DNA of 64,000 nt, taken from positions 27,395,790-27,459,789 of the forward strand of contig NC_090379.1 in NCBI RefSeq assembly GCF_036365525.1. Reading direction: 5' to 3'. Source of the stretch: Heterodontus francisci. Lineage: Eukaryota. A program made the translations under genes and the position numbers. Positions within the stretch are counted from its first letter, which is position 1, and every line of letters begins with the position of its first letter. The notes beneath the pieces are model-generated. The model worked only from the letters and a program-made list of their open reading frames with translations. It did not search any database and had not been told where the DNA came from. Positions 13,501 to 23,712 of the stretch are shown one piece after another.

Positions 13501-14948
13501 AACGCCTCACTGAAGTCCATGTATATGAGGAAAATTGCCCAGGTATGTCCTGTACACAAAAAGCAAGACAAATCCAACCCGGCCAACTACCGCCCCATTC
13601 GCCTACTCTCAATCATCAGTAAAACGATGGAAGGTGTCATCAACAGTGCCAACAAGCGACACTTGCTTGGCAACAACCTGCTCAGTGACGCTCAGTTTGG
13701 GTTCCGCCAGGGCCACTCAGCTCCTAACCTCATTACAGCCTTGGTTCAAACATGGACAAAAGAGCTGAACTCAAAAGGTGAGGTGAGAGTGACTGCCCTT
13801 GACATCAAAGTAGCATTTGACAGATTATGGCATCAAGGAGCCCTAGCAAAACTGAAGTCAATGGGAATCGGGGGGAAAACCTTCCGCTGGATGGAGTCAT
13901 ACTTAGCACAAAGGAAGATGGTTGTAGTTGTTGGAGGTCAATCATCTGAGTTCCAGGACATCACTGCAGGAGTTCCTCAGGGTAGTGTCCTAGGCCCAAC
14001 CATCTTCAGCTGCTTCATCAATGACCTTCCTTCAATCATAAGGTCAGAAGTGGGGACGTTCGCTAATGATTGCACAATGTTCAGCACCATTCGTGACTCC
14101 TCAGATACTGAAGCAGTCAGTGTAGAAATGCAGCAAGACCTGGACAATATCCAGGCTTGGGCTGATAAGTGGCAAGTAACATTCATACCATACAAGTGCC
14201 AGGCAATGACCATCTTCAACAAGAGAGAAACTAACCATCTCCCCTTGACATTCAACAGCATTACCATCGCTGAATCCCCCACTATCAACATCCTAGGCTA
14301 CCATTGACCAGAAACTGAACTGGAGTAGCCATATAAATACCGTAGCTACAAGAGCAGGTCAGAGGATAGGAATCCTGAGGCAAGTAACTCACCTCCTGAC
14401 TCCCCAATGCCTGTCCACCATCTACAAGGCACAAGTCAGGAGTGTGATGGAATACTCTCCACTTACCTGGATGGGTGCAGCTCCAACAACACTCAAGAAG
14501 CTCGACACCATCCAGGACAAAGCAGCCCGCTTGATTGGCACCCCATCTACAAACATTCACTCCCTCCACCACCGACACACAATGGCAGCAGTGTGTACTA
14601 TCTACAAGATGCACTGCAGCAATGCACTAAGGCTCCTTAGACAGCACCTTTCAAACCCACGACCTCTACCAACTAGAAGGACAAGGGCAGCACATACATG
14701 GGATCACCACCTGCAAGTTCCCCTCCAAGTCACACACCATCCTGACTTGGAACTATATCACCGTTCCTTCACTGTTGCTGGGTCAAAATCCTGGAACTCC
14801 CTTCCTAACAACACTGTGGGGGTCCCACATGGACTGCAGCAGTTCAAGAAGGCAGCTCACTACCACCTTCTCAAGGGCAATTAGGGATGGGCAATTAATG
14901 CTGGCCTGTCCAGCGACGCCCACATCGCATGAATGAATAAAAAAAAAA
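10552..14948 (+). mobile_element. Full-length non-LTR retrotransposon (CR1/L2 group, EN-RT) with a tRNA-derived 5' head; inactivated and interrupted by CR1
   Basis: Pol III A box near 10560-10572 and B box GGTTCGAATCC at 10626-10636. APE motifs NIWGL, LTES, LDLVL, SDH. RT motifs NYRPI, QFGFR, LDIKVAFD, GVPQGSVLGP, FAND. Several in-frame stops and a frameshift near 14300. Tail (ATGA)n plus poly-A. Confidence 0.9.
12337..13524 (-). mobile_element. Young 5'-truncated CR1 LINE with an open RT C-terminal frame
   Basis: Open frame from YMDFSEAFDKV through GVPQGSVLGP and KFADDTK to a stop at 12417. (TTCTATG/TTCTTTG) tail. Splits the host LINE at GIYPA|MRKIAQV. Confidence 0.95.
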
Positions 14949-15036
14949 TTTGGGCGTCACTGGCAGTTTGGTACAACAGAGTGGCTTGCTGGTTAACCTC
15001 AGAGGGCAGTTGGATTTCAGTGCATTAGTGAACCAA

Positions 15037-15225
15037 CTCCTTTGGCCTCCTTGTCTCGGGAGACAATGGGTAAGCGCCTGGAGGTGGTCAGTGGTTTGTG
15101 AAGCAGCACCTGGAGTGGCTATAAAGGCCAATTCTAGAGTGACAGACTCTTCCACTGGTGTTGCAGATAAAATTGGTTGTTGGGACTGTTCCACAGTTGG
15201 CTCTCTCCTTGCACTTCTGTCTTTT
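15037..15225 (-). mobile_element. RTE-clade LINE 3' fragment
   Basis: Homologous to 23272-23470 (C-terminal HSRIGLYS region). Confidence 0.75.
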
Positions 15226-15694
15226 TGAACCAACTGCAGCTTTGGTAATCAGACAGCTTTTTTTAAAGTTAAAAATGATTCTGAAGGTATCATGGATGGG
15301 ATTCGATCAGGCTCTAAACAGCCCAAGATTACTGGTTCAGTAACCACAATACTACCGTAGTTATGGGATGATGAGTACAGATACAGTTAGAAGAGCCACA
15401 GCAACACAACTAACGGTGCAATGTTTGTGATGGCGGGGCGAGGGAGGTGTGGTGACCACTCACCAGCTGCACCTGTCAACAGCCCAACTCATAGCCCCCA
15501 GCCCCCTCAACCCTGCCAGTGACAGGTCAATTAAATATCCGGGGGTAGGGAGAGGATCCTGATCATTGCAACTCAGCCACAGGTAATGGAACTGTGAGGG
15601 GCCCTCGGCGGGCCTGTGTCTGGCCTCGGTTTCCGGGGGAGGTGAAAGGGACAGAAAGATGCGACACTCCCGGGGATTTCTCGTGGTTACTCAC

Positions 15695-15785
15695 CCCCTG
15701 AAACGGGCTTCAGCCCCGACACCAGGAGCAGCAGCAACAGCGGCCAAATACGGACCTTCCTGATGCGATTTCCAGTCATCTCCAT
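15695..15785 (-). CDS. SEL1L: SEL1L exon 1 (signal peptide)
   Basis: ATG at 15785 (second in-frame ATG at 15779) gives MEMTGNRIRKVRIWPLLLLLLVSGLKPVSG. 91 nt, phase-1 donor G|GTGAGT, inside a CpG-rich region. Confidence 0.88.
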
Positions 15786-15935
15786 CCTTCCTATATTTCC
15801 CCCTCTCTCTTTAGTACAAGAACTGCGGCCTTCCTCTTCCCGCTTGCACACTTCCTCACTCAGACCTCCTCGGCCATGGCTGCGTTTCGTTTTTATCACT
15901 TCCAGAAAGCCCCCACCACCGACCAACCACCTCGA

Positions 15936-15954
15936 CCAATCAGCCGCTCCCACC
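15936..15954 (+). promoter_or_regulatory. ERSE-like element
   Basis: CCAAT-cagccgctc-CCACC against the ERSE consensus CCAAT-N9-CCACG. Confidence 0.55.
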
Positions 15955-15998
15955 CATCCCGGCGGCGGGTGAAACGGAAGACGCCACGTGTCCCTCTA

Positions 15999-16017
15999 CA
16001 TGGCTGTTAGCGATTGG
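15999..16017 (-). promoter_or_regulatory. ERSE-like element
   Basis: Minus strand reads CCAAT-cgctaacag-CCATG: exact N9 spacing, one mismatch. Confidence 0.5.
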
Positions 16018-16214
16018 GCGTTGCCGACTGGGCGGAGGAGCAGGCAACCTATGAGATCATGCGTCCCGGGCACGCGGCGGCGAACAAAGGCGCAGGCGCA
16101 CGAGCTGCTGCGAAGGTTCGAACTGTTTCCGAGAGACGCGAGACGTCGCCGTTTTAAGTCCCGCCCACTGCGAGGGCGGGGCTCGAGCGCGTCCCAAGAT
16201 GGGGGAGGTGTTTT

Positions 16215-17899
16215 GCATTACTGAGCGTGAAGAGGGGAGTTGGGAAGTGGTGGGCTTTAAGGGTTAATGGCTCAAGACTAGTTTTTTTGTTTACATCTAG
16301 CAACTAATTGAAATTCCTGTTTCAGTTAAGAGGTAAGCTGGGTTTCTTGCAGTTTTTTACAAGGGTATACTAACACTCTGAGAGTTGCTGTAACTAGTTA
16401 GATAGCTAGCATAAACTGGTTTCTGAGATCTAGCAGAGCTGACACAGCATTGTTTTCGGAGTACAAATTCAGGGGACTGTCAGTGCTGCTTGTCTGCATT
16501 GAGTGTTGCTGGAGGGCACAGAGTGTGAAGAAGGGAGTTTGGTATGGAGGGGAACTATAAATTTAGAAAAAAAATTGAGTGCACATAGTGTAGAGTGGGC
16601 GTTTGGCTCATGAGGGAGGGGTTCCTTTCTTTCTTTCTTCCTTTTTCAGCCTCCAGTAGCTGCCTCTCTCTTCGGTACAGGGGAAGAAGCTGATTGGTGA
16701 GTAACTGGTAAGTTATTTTGCTACTCATTGTAATAATAAGTTATTAAAGTTACGTTATGGCAGGTCAGCTCGGCCAAGTGAAATGTACGTCCTGCGGTAT
16801 GTGGGAAGTCATGGACGTACCAGGTGTTCTAGACGAACACATCTGCAGGAAGTGTCACCAGCTGCAGAAGCTTAAGTTCCGGGTTTTGGAACTCAAGCAG
16901 CGGCTGGAGTCACTGTTGTACATCCGCGAGACAGAAGACTATGTGGATAGCACATTTAGGGAGATGGTCACACCGTAATTAGGAACATGCAGGCAGATAG
17001 AGAATGAGTGACCGCCAGGCAGTCTAAGAGAACCAGGCAGGCAATGCAGGAGTTCCCTGAATCTATCTTGCTTGCTAATTGGTTTTCCATTTTGGATACT
17101 GGTGAGAGCGATGGCTCCTCAGTGGAGTGCAGCCAGAGCAAAGTCTCTGGCACCACAGGTGGCTCAGCTGCACAGGAGGGGAGGAAGAAGAGTGGAAGAG
17201 CAATAGTGATAGGAGATTCGATAGTCAGGGGATCAGACAGGCATTTCTGCAGCAGTAAACGTGACTCCAGAATAGTGTGTTGCCTCCCTGGTGCCAGGGT
17301 CAAGGATGTCATGGAGCAGCTGCAGAACATCCTTCTGGGGGACGGTGAACAGCCAGAGGTTATGGTCCACATTGATACAAGTGACATTGTCCTGAAAATG
17401 GATTTTAAGGAGTTAGGAAGAAAAGTAAAAAGCAGGACCTCCAAAGCAGTAATTTCAGGATTACTCCCAGTACCACGTGCTAGTGAGCATAGGAATATGA
17501 GCATTGATTGATTGAACACATGGCTGGAGAATTGGTATAGGAGAGAGGGCATCAGATTTCTGAGGCATTGGGACCGGTTCTGGGGCAGGTGGGACCACCT
17601 GTACAAGATGGACAGGCTACATTTTAACAGGACCGGAACTAACATCCTAGCAACGACATTGCAAGTGCTGTTGGGGAGGGTGTCAACTAGCTTGTCAATG
17701 GGATTGGAACCTGAGGGGTAGCTCAAATTGGAAGGAAGTAAAGCTGATAACAGGAGGTAGCAAAGTAGCAAGTGACATTAGAAGGCAGGTGAAACAAAGG
17801 TGAGCGTCAACCAGGCTTAGAATGCAGAATGTCAAGACGACAAGGTTAAGGGCACTCTACCTGAATGCATGCAGCATTCGCAACAAGGTAGATGATTTA
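16215..17899 (+). mobile_element. CR1 5' portion: 5'UTR, decayed ORF1 (zinc finger + SGNH esterase) and start of ORF2
   Basis: ATG 16757, CTSCGMW...CRKC zinc finger, VIGDSIVRG and DRLH esterase motifs, then LRALYLNACSIRNK of the endonuclease. Confidence 0.88.
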
Positions 17900-18010
17900 A
17901 ATTTCATCTGCCACTTGTCCACCCATTCCACCAACCTGTCAACTGTTTTGTATCGTTCCCAACTTTTGAAATTGTGCCCTGTATACCAAGGTCTAGGTCA
18001 TTAATATATC

Positions 18011-18808
18011 GGTGTGTTTCCTGACAATGCAGAGCGTGCGCAGTGCGATCGCCAACGTCATCAGTGTGTCTGAACATTTGCCAGCTTGCCATTATGAATT
18101 TGTGCGTGTGTGCACCGTGCCACCACGCAATGAAGCCAGATGTAATGACGTCTGAGCCGCTGACTGGCTGCAATCGCCACCTCCATTCCCCCCCAACAGT
18201 ACCTGGCTTTGGCCACTCGCTTCCCCCAGCGCCCCCCCCCCACCCACTGGCCTAATTGCTTCCCCCCTCTGACCCCGACCAATCGCTGCCAGCCTCTCCG
18301 CTACACCCCTTGGCTGCTCACTTCCCTTCCTAACCACTTCAGTCTCTTGCATATGGCTGCCCCTCCTCCTTGGCTGATTGCTCCCAGCTGGAACCGCACC
18401 GAGAAGCAGCGGAGAACAAGCTGCTGAGGGTGCAGCAAGCGGCCAAGGGGTGATGGGCATTGCGGGGAAAAAGCCACTGAGAAGGAAGAAGCGGCAAAGT
18501 CGCGAGCGGGAGGCAGCGGCGAGGCAGGGAGCGAGTAGCTGAGGGGAGGCAATGGCGAGGCGGGATGCGAGAAGGGAAGCACAATGGCAGGAGGGAGTGG
18601 GGTACTGTTGGGGGTGGGTTGGAGGCGGCGATTGCAACCATTGAGGGGATTTGGATTTAATTTGTTTTTTGTGACAAATTGAGCAGTGCCATTTTTATTA
18701 CTGGCAGCTGCCTGAGATGTTGCAGTGACATTGCAGTCAATGAAGCTGCATTTGTGCATGTGCCAGTGTTGCGTCACCTAGTGGCTGCGTTATCAGCAAA
18801 CGCAGCCT
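18011..18808. mobile_element. MITE with ~22-bp imperfect TIRs
   Basis: Left end GGTGTGTTTCCTGACAATGCAG; reverse complement of right end GGCTGCGTTTGCTGATAACGCAG. Confidence 0.65.
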
Positions 18809-18810
18809 CA

Positions 18811-19518
18811 GGGCTGGATTTTATGGTGGGTGGTGGGGAGGGGGGAGCCGTCAACTGACTGAGAAGTCGGAGGCGATTCCACCTCCACCGGGCCTGGGGA
18901 TCTAGACTGCAATTTATGGACCCCAGGTCCTTAATTGGTTAATTCAGTGGCTTCCACCTCATTGACGCAGGAAGTCCCGCCTAATGGAGCTGCCGACCAA
19001 TCAGCAGGCCAGGAGTGTTGGCCACTGCTGGGATTGCAACCCAGCTCAAGGTTGAAGATGACGGCCCCCGAGCACTGGAAAACTGGTAAGTTTGTGGGGC
19101 CTTGCCGGGGGCAGTCAGTCGGGCCTCGAAGAGGCAAGGGGGGGGGATCAGTTAGGGGGACGGGCAAGTGTTAGACGTTGGGGGCGGTTGGGGCTTTGGG
19201 GTGGCATTCCGTCGGGCACAGGGTGCCGGATCAGGAGGCTGCCTAGTTTTATCAGGCGGCTTTTCTGAGGCCTCAACCGCCCACCAGCCAACTGTAAAAT
19301 CCCTGTGGTGGCTGGTGGAGGCCCTTAAGTGGTCGTTAATTAGCCACTTAAGGGCCTTTATTGGCCTGGGGCTGGCAGGCCGTATGCCGCCGCCGCCCGG
19401 CATAAAATGGCAGCGGAGGCGGGAGCGGGTCGGAATGAGCCCTCTCCAGCCTCCCACTCCATTTTACACTCCCTCCCAGCCACCAGCCTGCTCTTTTAGG
19501 GCATGTAAAATTCCGGCC
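18811..19518. mobile_element. Harbinger-like MITE
   Basis: Termini GGGCTGGATTTT ... AAAATTCCGGCC; GC-rich non-coding interior. Confidence 0.65.
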
Positions 19519-19579
19519 TTGATATATATCACGACGAGTAGGGATCCTAACACTGACCCCTGGGGAACTCCATATAAAC

Positions 19580-19897
19580 CTTACTTAGTTGAAGGGTCAG
19601 TTACGAGGGGACACAAGTTTAAGGTGAGGGGCAGGAGGTTTAAGGGGGATTTGAGGAAGAACTTTTTTACCCAGAGGGTGGTGATGGTCTGGGATGCACT
19701 GCCTGGGAGGGTGGTAGAGGCGGGTTGCCTCACATCCTTTAAAAAGTACCTGGATGAGCATAACATAACATTCAAGGCTATGGGCCAAGTGCTGGCAAAT
19801 GGGATTAGGTAGACAGGTCAGGTGTCTTTAATGCATCGGTGCAGACTCAATGGGCCGAAGCGCCTCTTCTGCACTATTATTCTGTGATTCTGTGATT
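19580..19897 (+). mobile_element. CR1 3' fragment
   Basis: GSVTRGHKFKV...KNFFTQRVV region; (ATTCTGTG)n tail. Confidence 0.85.
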
Positions 19898-19925
19898 CAG
19901 TCAGAAAAACAACCAATAGCCACTA

Positions 19926-20137
19926 AAATAAAAGTAAAATACTGCAGATGCTGGAAATCTGAAATAAAAACAAGAAATGCTGGAAATACTCAGCAGGTCT
20001 GGTAGCATCTTGCAGAGAGAAGCAGAGTTAACGTTTCAGGTCAGAGACCTTTCTTCAGAACTGACAAATATTAGAAATGTAAAAGGTTTTAACCAAGTAA
20101 AGCGGGGGTGGGGCAAGAGATAACAAAGGTGAAGGTG
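19926..20137 (-). mobile_element. Penelope-type terminal repeat fragment
   Basis: Same family as 43069-43283 and 62890-62975; contains a hammerhead motif. Confidence 0.65.
20026..20062 (-). ncRNA. Minimal type I hammerhead ribozyme motif
   Basis: Minus strand AGTT-CTGAAGA-A-AGGTC-TCT-GACCT-GAAAC-GTT-AACT: CUGANGA and GAAA cores, stems I and II paired, palindromic ACGU stem III. Confidence 0.7.
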
Positions 20138-21269
20138 TTCTCTCTGTTTTCTGTCACTCAGCCAATTTTTTATCCATGCTGTTACTGTCCCATTTATTCC
20201 ATAGGCTCTAAGTTTGCAGACTGTTATCCATGTACATCACATCAACACCATTGCCCTCATCAACCGTCTCTGTTACTCATCAATAAATTCAAGCAAGTGT
20301 TAGCTAAACTCTGAGGAAGTGCATTCCAGATCCTAACCATTCACTGTGTTAAAAAAAGTTTTTTCTCAAGTCACCTCTGGTTCTTTTGCTAATCACTTTA
20401 AATCCATGGCCTCTGATTCTTGACCGTCCACCAATAGGAACAGTTTCTCTCTACCTACTTTGTCCAGACCCCTCATGATTTTGAACACCTTTATAAAACT
20501 CCTCTCAAACTTCTCTTCTTAAGGGAGAACAATCCCTGTTTCTCCAGTCTATCCATGTAACTGAAGTCCCTCATCTCTGGAACCATTTTCCTAAATTTTT
20601 TCTGCATCCTTTCGAAAGCCTTCACACCCTTCCTAAAATATGCTGCCCAGAATTGGACACAATACTCTAGTTGAGGCTAAACCAATATTTAATAAAGGTT
20701 CACCATAACGTTGTTGCTTTTGTACACTATGCCTCGATTAATAAAGCCCAGGATCCTGTATGCCTTTTTAATCACTTTCTCGACCTGTCCTGCCACCTTC
20801 AACGATTTGGGCACATATACCCTCTCTGCTCCTACACCAGCTTTAGAATTGTGCCCTTTATTTTGCCCCCCCCCCCGCCCCCCCAACCCCCATCGTTCTT
20901 CCTGTCAAAATGTATTACTTTACACTTCTCTGTATTAAATTTCATCGGCCACATATCCACCCATTCCACCAGCCTGTCAATGTCCTCTTGAAGTTTATAA
21001 CTATCCTCTTCAAAGTTCACAGTACTTCCAAGTTTTGTGTCATCTGCAAATCTTGGAATTGTGTGCTGTACACCTAAGTCTAGGTCATTAATATGTCAAG
21101 AAATGCAGTGGTCCTAGTACCGCCCCTGGGGAATTACAATTTATACCTTCCTCCAGTCCGAAAAACAACCATTCACAAGTACTGTCTGTTTCCTGTCACT
21201 CAGCTAACTTTGTATCCATGCTGCCACTATTCCTTTTATTCCTTGGACATCAACTTTGCTGGCAAGCTT

Positions 21270-21665
21270 TTTTTTTGTTTGTTTGTTTCATGGGATGTGG
21301 GCATCACAGGCAAGGACAGCATTTGTTGCCCATCTCTAATTGCCCTTGACAACTGAATTCAGAGGGCAGTTACGAGTCAATCACATTGCTGTGGGTCTGG
21401 AGTCACATATAGTCCAGACCAGGTAAGGATGGCAGATTTCCTTCCCTAATGCACATTACTGAACCAGATGGGTTTTTACAACTATCAATAGTAGTTTCAT
21501 GGTCACTTTTACTGGACTGGCTTTCAATTCCAGAGTTTAAAAAAAAATAATTGCATTTAAATTCCACCAGCTGCCATGGTGGGATTTGAATTCATGTCCC
21601 CAGAGTATTAGCTTGGGTTGCTGGATTACTAGTCCAGTAACATTACCACTATGCCACCGTCTCCC
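21270..21665 (-). mobile_element. tRNA-headed SINE equal to head plus tail of the 10552-14948 LINE
   Basis: Reverse complement aligns to 10552-10872, then directly to 14871-14940. Confidence 0.85.
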
Positions 21666-22055
21666 AATTAAATGTGGCAAATTATCAAATGCGTTTTGGA
21701 AGTCCATGTACACCACATTAATTGCATTATCCTCATTAACCTTCCCTGTTACCTCACCAAAAAGCTCAAATCAAGTTAGTTAAACATGATTTTCCCTTAA
21801 CAAATCAGTCCTAGCTTTCCTTAATTAATCCACACTTGTCCAAGTTACTGTTAATTTTTTCCCAGATTAGTGTTTCTAAAAGCTTCCCACCCCCGAGGAT
21901 AAACCACCTGGCCTGTAGTTGTTGGCTTTATCCTCACACTTTTGCTCAAAAAACATTGTAACAGTTTCAATTCTCCAGACTTCTGGCACCATCCCTGTAT
22001 CTAGGGAAGATTGGAAGATTATGACCAGCCTTTCTGCAATTTCTACCTTTACTTC

Positions 22056-23010
22056 TGTTACGCATACAAGAAATTGCAATGGTGAAAAATTATGGACTAA
22101 AACAGAAGAGTTATAAAAATTGACTTTGTCTTTTTTTTTAAAAATGGACCTTTGGATTAAAAAGTGACCAAGATGCTCCAAAATGTCTGCCAAAGGTTAA
22201 ATGACTTGGCCTTTGTATATTCAAACCATCTAACAGGGACAAAGGAATACCTTCAAAGCTAAGAGGTGCCAATTGCACTCATCCTACACCCATCCTGAAT
22301 ATTCCCATACTGAATGGTTCTTCTGAAACAAGGAAGGTGTTAAGTGGAAACATCAGAACCAGATTATTCTCATTCTGGGCCATTGTGTGATCACCATGGG
22401 GGAAAGACCAAAGCGTCTCCTACCCAAAGATGATGTGACAAACCTTTTACCTTAAAAGGGCAGCCCTCGAAGAGAGAGAGAGAGAGAGACAACCAGAAAT
22501 AAGCATCCAAGAAATTTGTGTCCAGCTAAAGGGGCTGAAAAATCCAGCAGCCAGAAGGGATGTGCCCAGCTGTAGAATTTTATATCTACACTTATACAGC
22601 AATGAATGAGAAGTGATACACTATCTTCAACTGAACTTACAACCAAGATGGAAACCTACAAACACCTCAGGCCTGCAACCATCAAGAACTTTACTTCCGA
22701 GAGAATTCAACAGGTTTACTGTGACCCCCAAAACCTACCTCCCACTTACCATCGCTAACCCCTTTTCCTCTCTATCTGTCTCTTGTGTGTGTGTGTGTGC
22801 GCGCGCGCGCGCGCAAGCAAATGCATGAGTGGATGCAATTGCGTCAATTTCAGGTTAAGGCATATTGATCAATAAATAATTTGTTTTCTATTTTAAACCT
22901 ATGAGAAAACCTGTCACTGTCTGTTTATTTGACAAATAAAACACAAAGGGGTTAATCCCTAATAACAAACCACACTCAGGTGGGAGTGGAGCAGTGGGAA
23001 CCACCCAAAC
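22056..23010 (+). mobile_element. Solo LTR-like element
   Basis: Starts TGTTACG; AATAAA near 22871; interrupts CR1; right end unclear. Confidence 0.55.
22784..22815. repeat. (TG)n(CG)n alternating purine-pyrimidine tract
   Basis: Read directly; this composition is Z-DNA-prone. Confidence 0.9.
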
Positions 23011-23271
23011 TCCTTACCAATTCCCTCAACATTCTGGGATACATCCCATCTAATCCTGGTGACTTACCAACTTTATGTACAGCCAGCCTTAATAATATCT
23101 CCTCTTAATCAATTTTATATTCAATCAATATTTTAGCCCATCCAGTATCACAATACCTCCTCTTTCATTATGAATTTGGCAGCATCTTCTTGGTAATTAG
23201 TACCTAATCCATGCCCTCTGCCTCCATGTGTAGAGTTCTTTTTTGGGCCCTATTTAGCTCCACCCCTCTTA

Positions 23272-23712
23272 TTCTTCTTTTGGGCCTCCTTATCTCGAGG
23301 GACAATGGATACGCGCCTGGAGGTGGTCAGTGGTTTGTGAAGCAGCGCCTGGCTATAAAGGCCAATTCTAGAGTGACAGGCTTTTCCACAGGTGCTGCAG
23401 AGAAATTTGTTTGTCGGGGCTGTTGCACAGTTGGCTCTCCCCTTGCGCCTCTGTCTTTTTTCCTGGCAACTACTAAGTCTCTTCGACTCGCCACATTTTA
23501 GCCCCGTCTTTGTGGCTGCCCGCCAGCTCTGGCGAACGCTGGCAACTGACTCCCACGACTTGTGATCAATGTCACAGGATTTCATGTCGCGTTTGCAGAC
23601 GTCTTTATAGCGGAGACATAGACGGCCGGTGGGTCTGATACCAGTGGCGAGCTCGCTGTACAATGTGTCTTTGGGGATCCTGCCATCTTCCATGCGGCTC
23701 ACATGGCCAAGC
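23272..23712 (-). mobile_element. RTE-clade LINE 3' fragment
   Basis: MEDGRIPKDTLYSELATGIRPTGR...RYKDVCKRDM...FLCSTCGKACHSRIGLYS; (GAA)n-like tail. Confidence 0.9.

Larger units (their letters stand above)
15600..16210. promoter_or_regulatory. CpG-island promoter of SEL1L
   Basis: Locally high GC and CpG around exon 1. Motifs: CCAAT boxes, GC boxes, ETS-like ACGGAAG (15974-15980), GCCACGTG (15983-15990), NRF1-like GGCGCAGGCGCA (16089-16100). Confidence 0.85.

Noticed and set aside
12417-14307. 389-aa and 353-aa ORFs as cellular genes
   Set aside because: Both are junction products of two nested LINE RT regions.
15786-15953. N-terminal extension of SEL1L in the ORF track (88 aa)
   Set aside because: It runs through the CCAAT/ERSE promoter region and would bury the signal peptide; ATG 15785 or 15779 fits better.
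18043-19520. Overlapping 100-200-aa GC-rich ORFs
   Set aside because: They arise from stop-poor MITE sequence and show no domain motifs.
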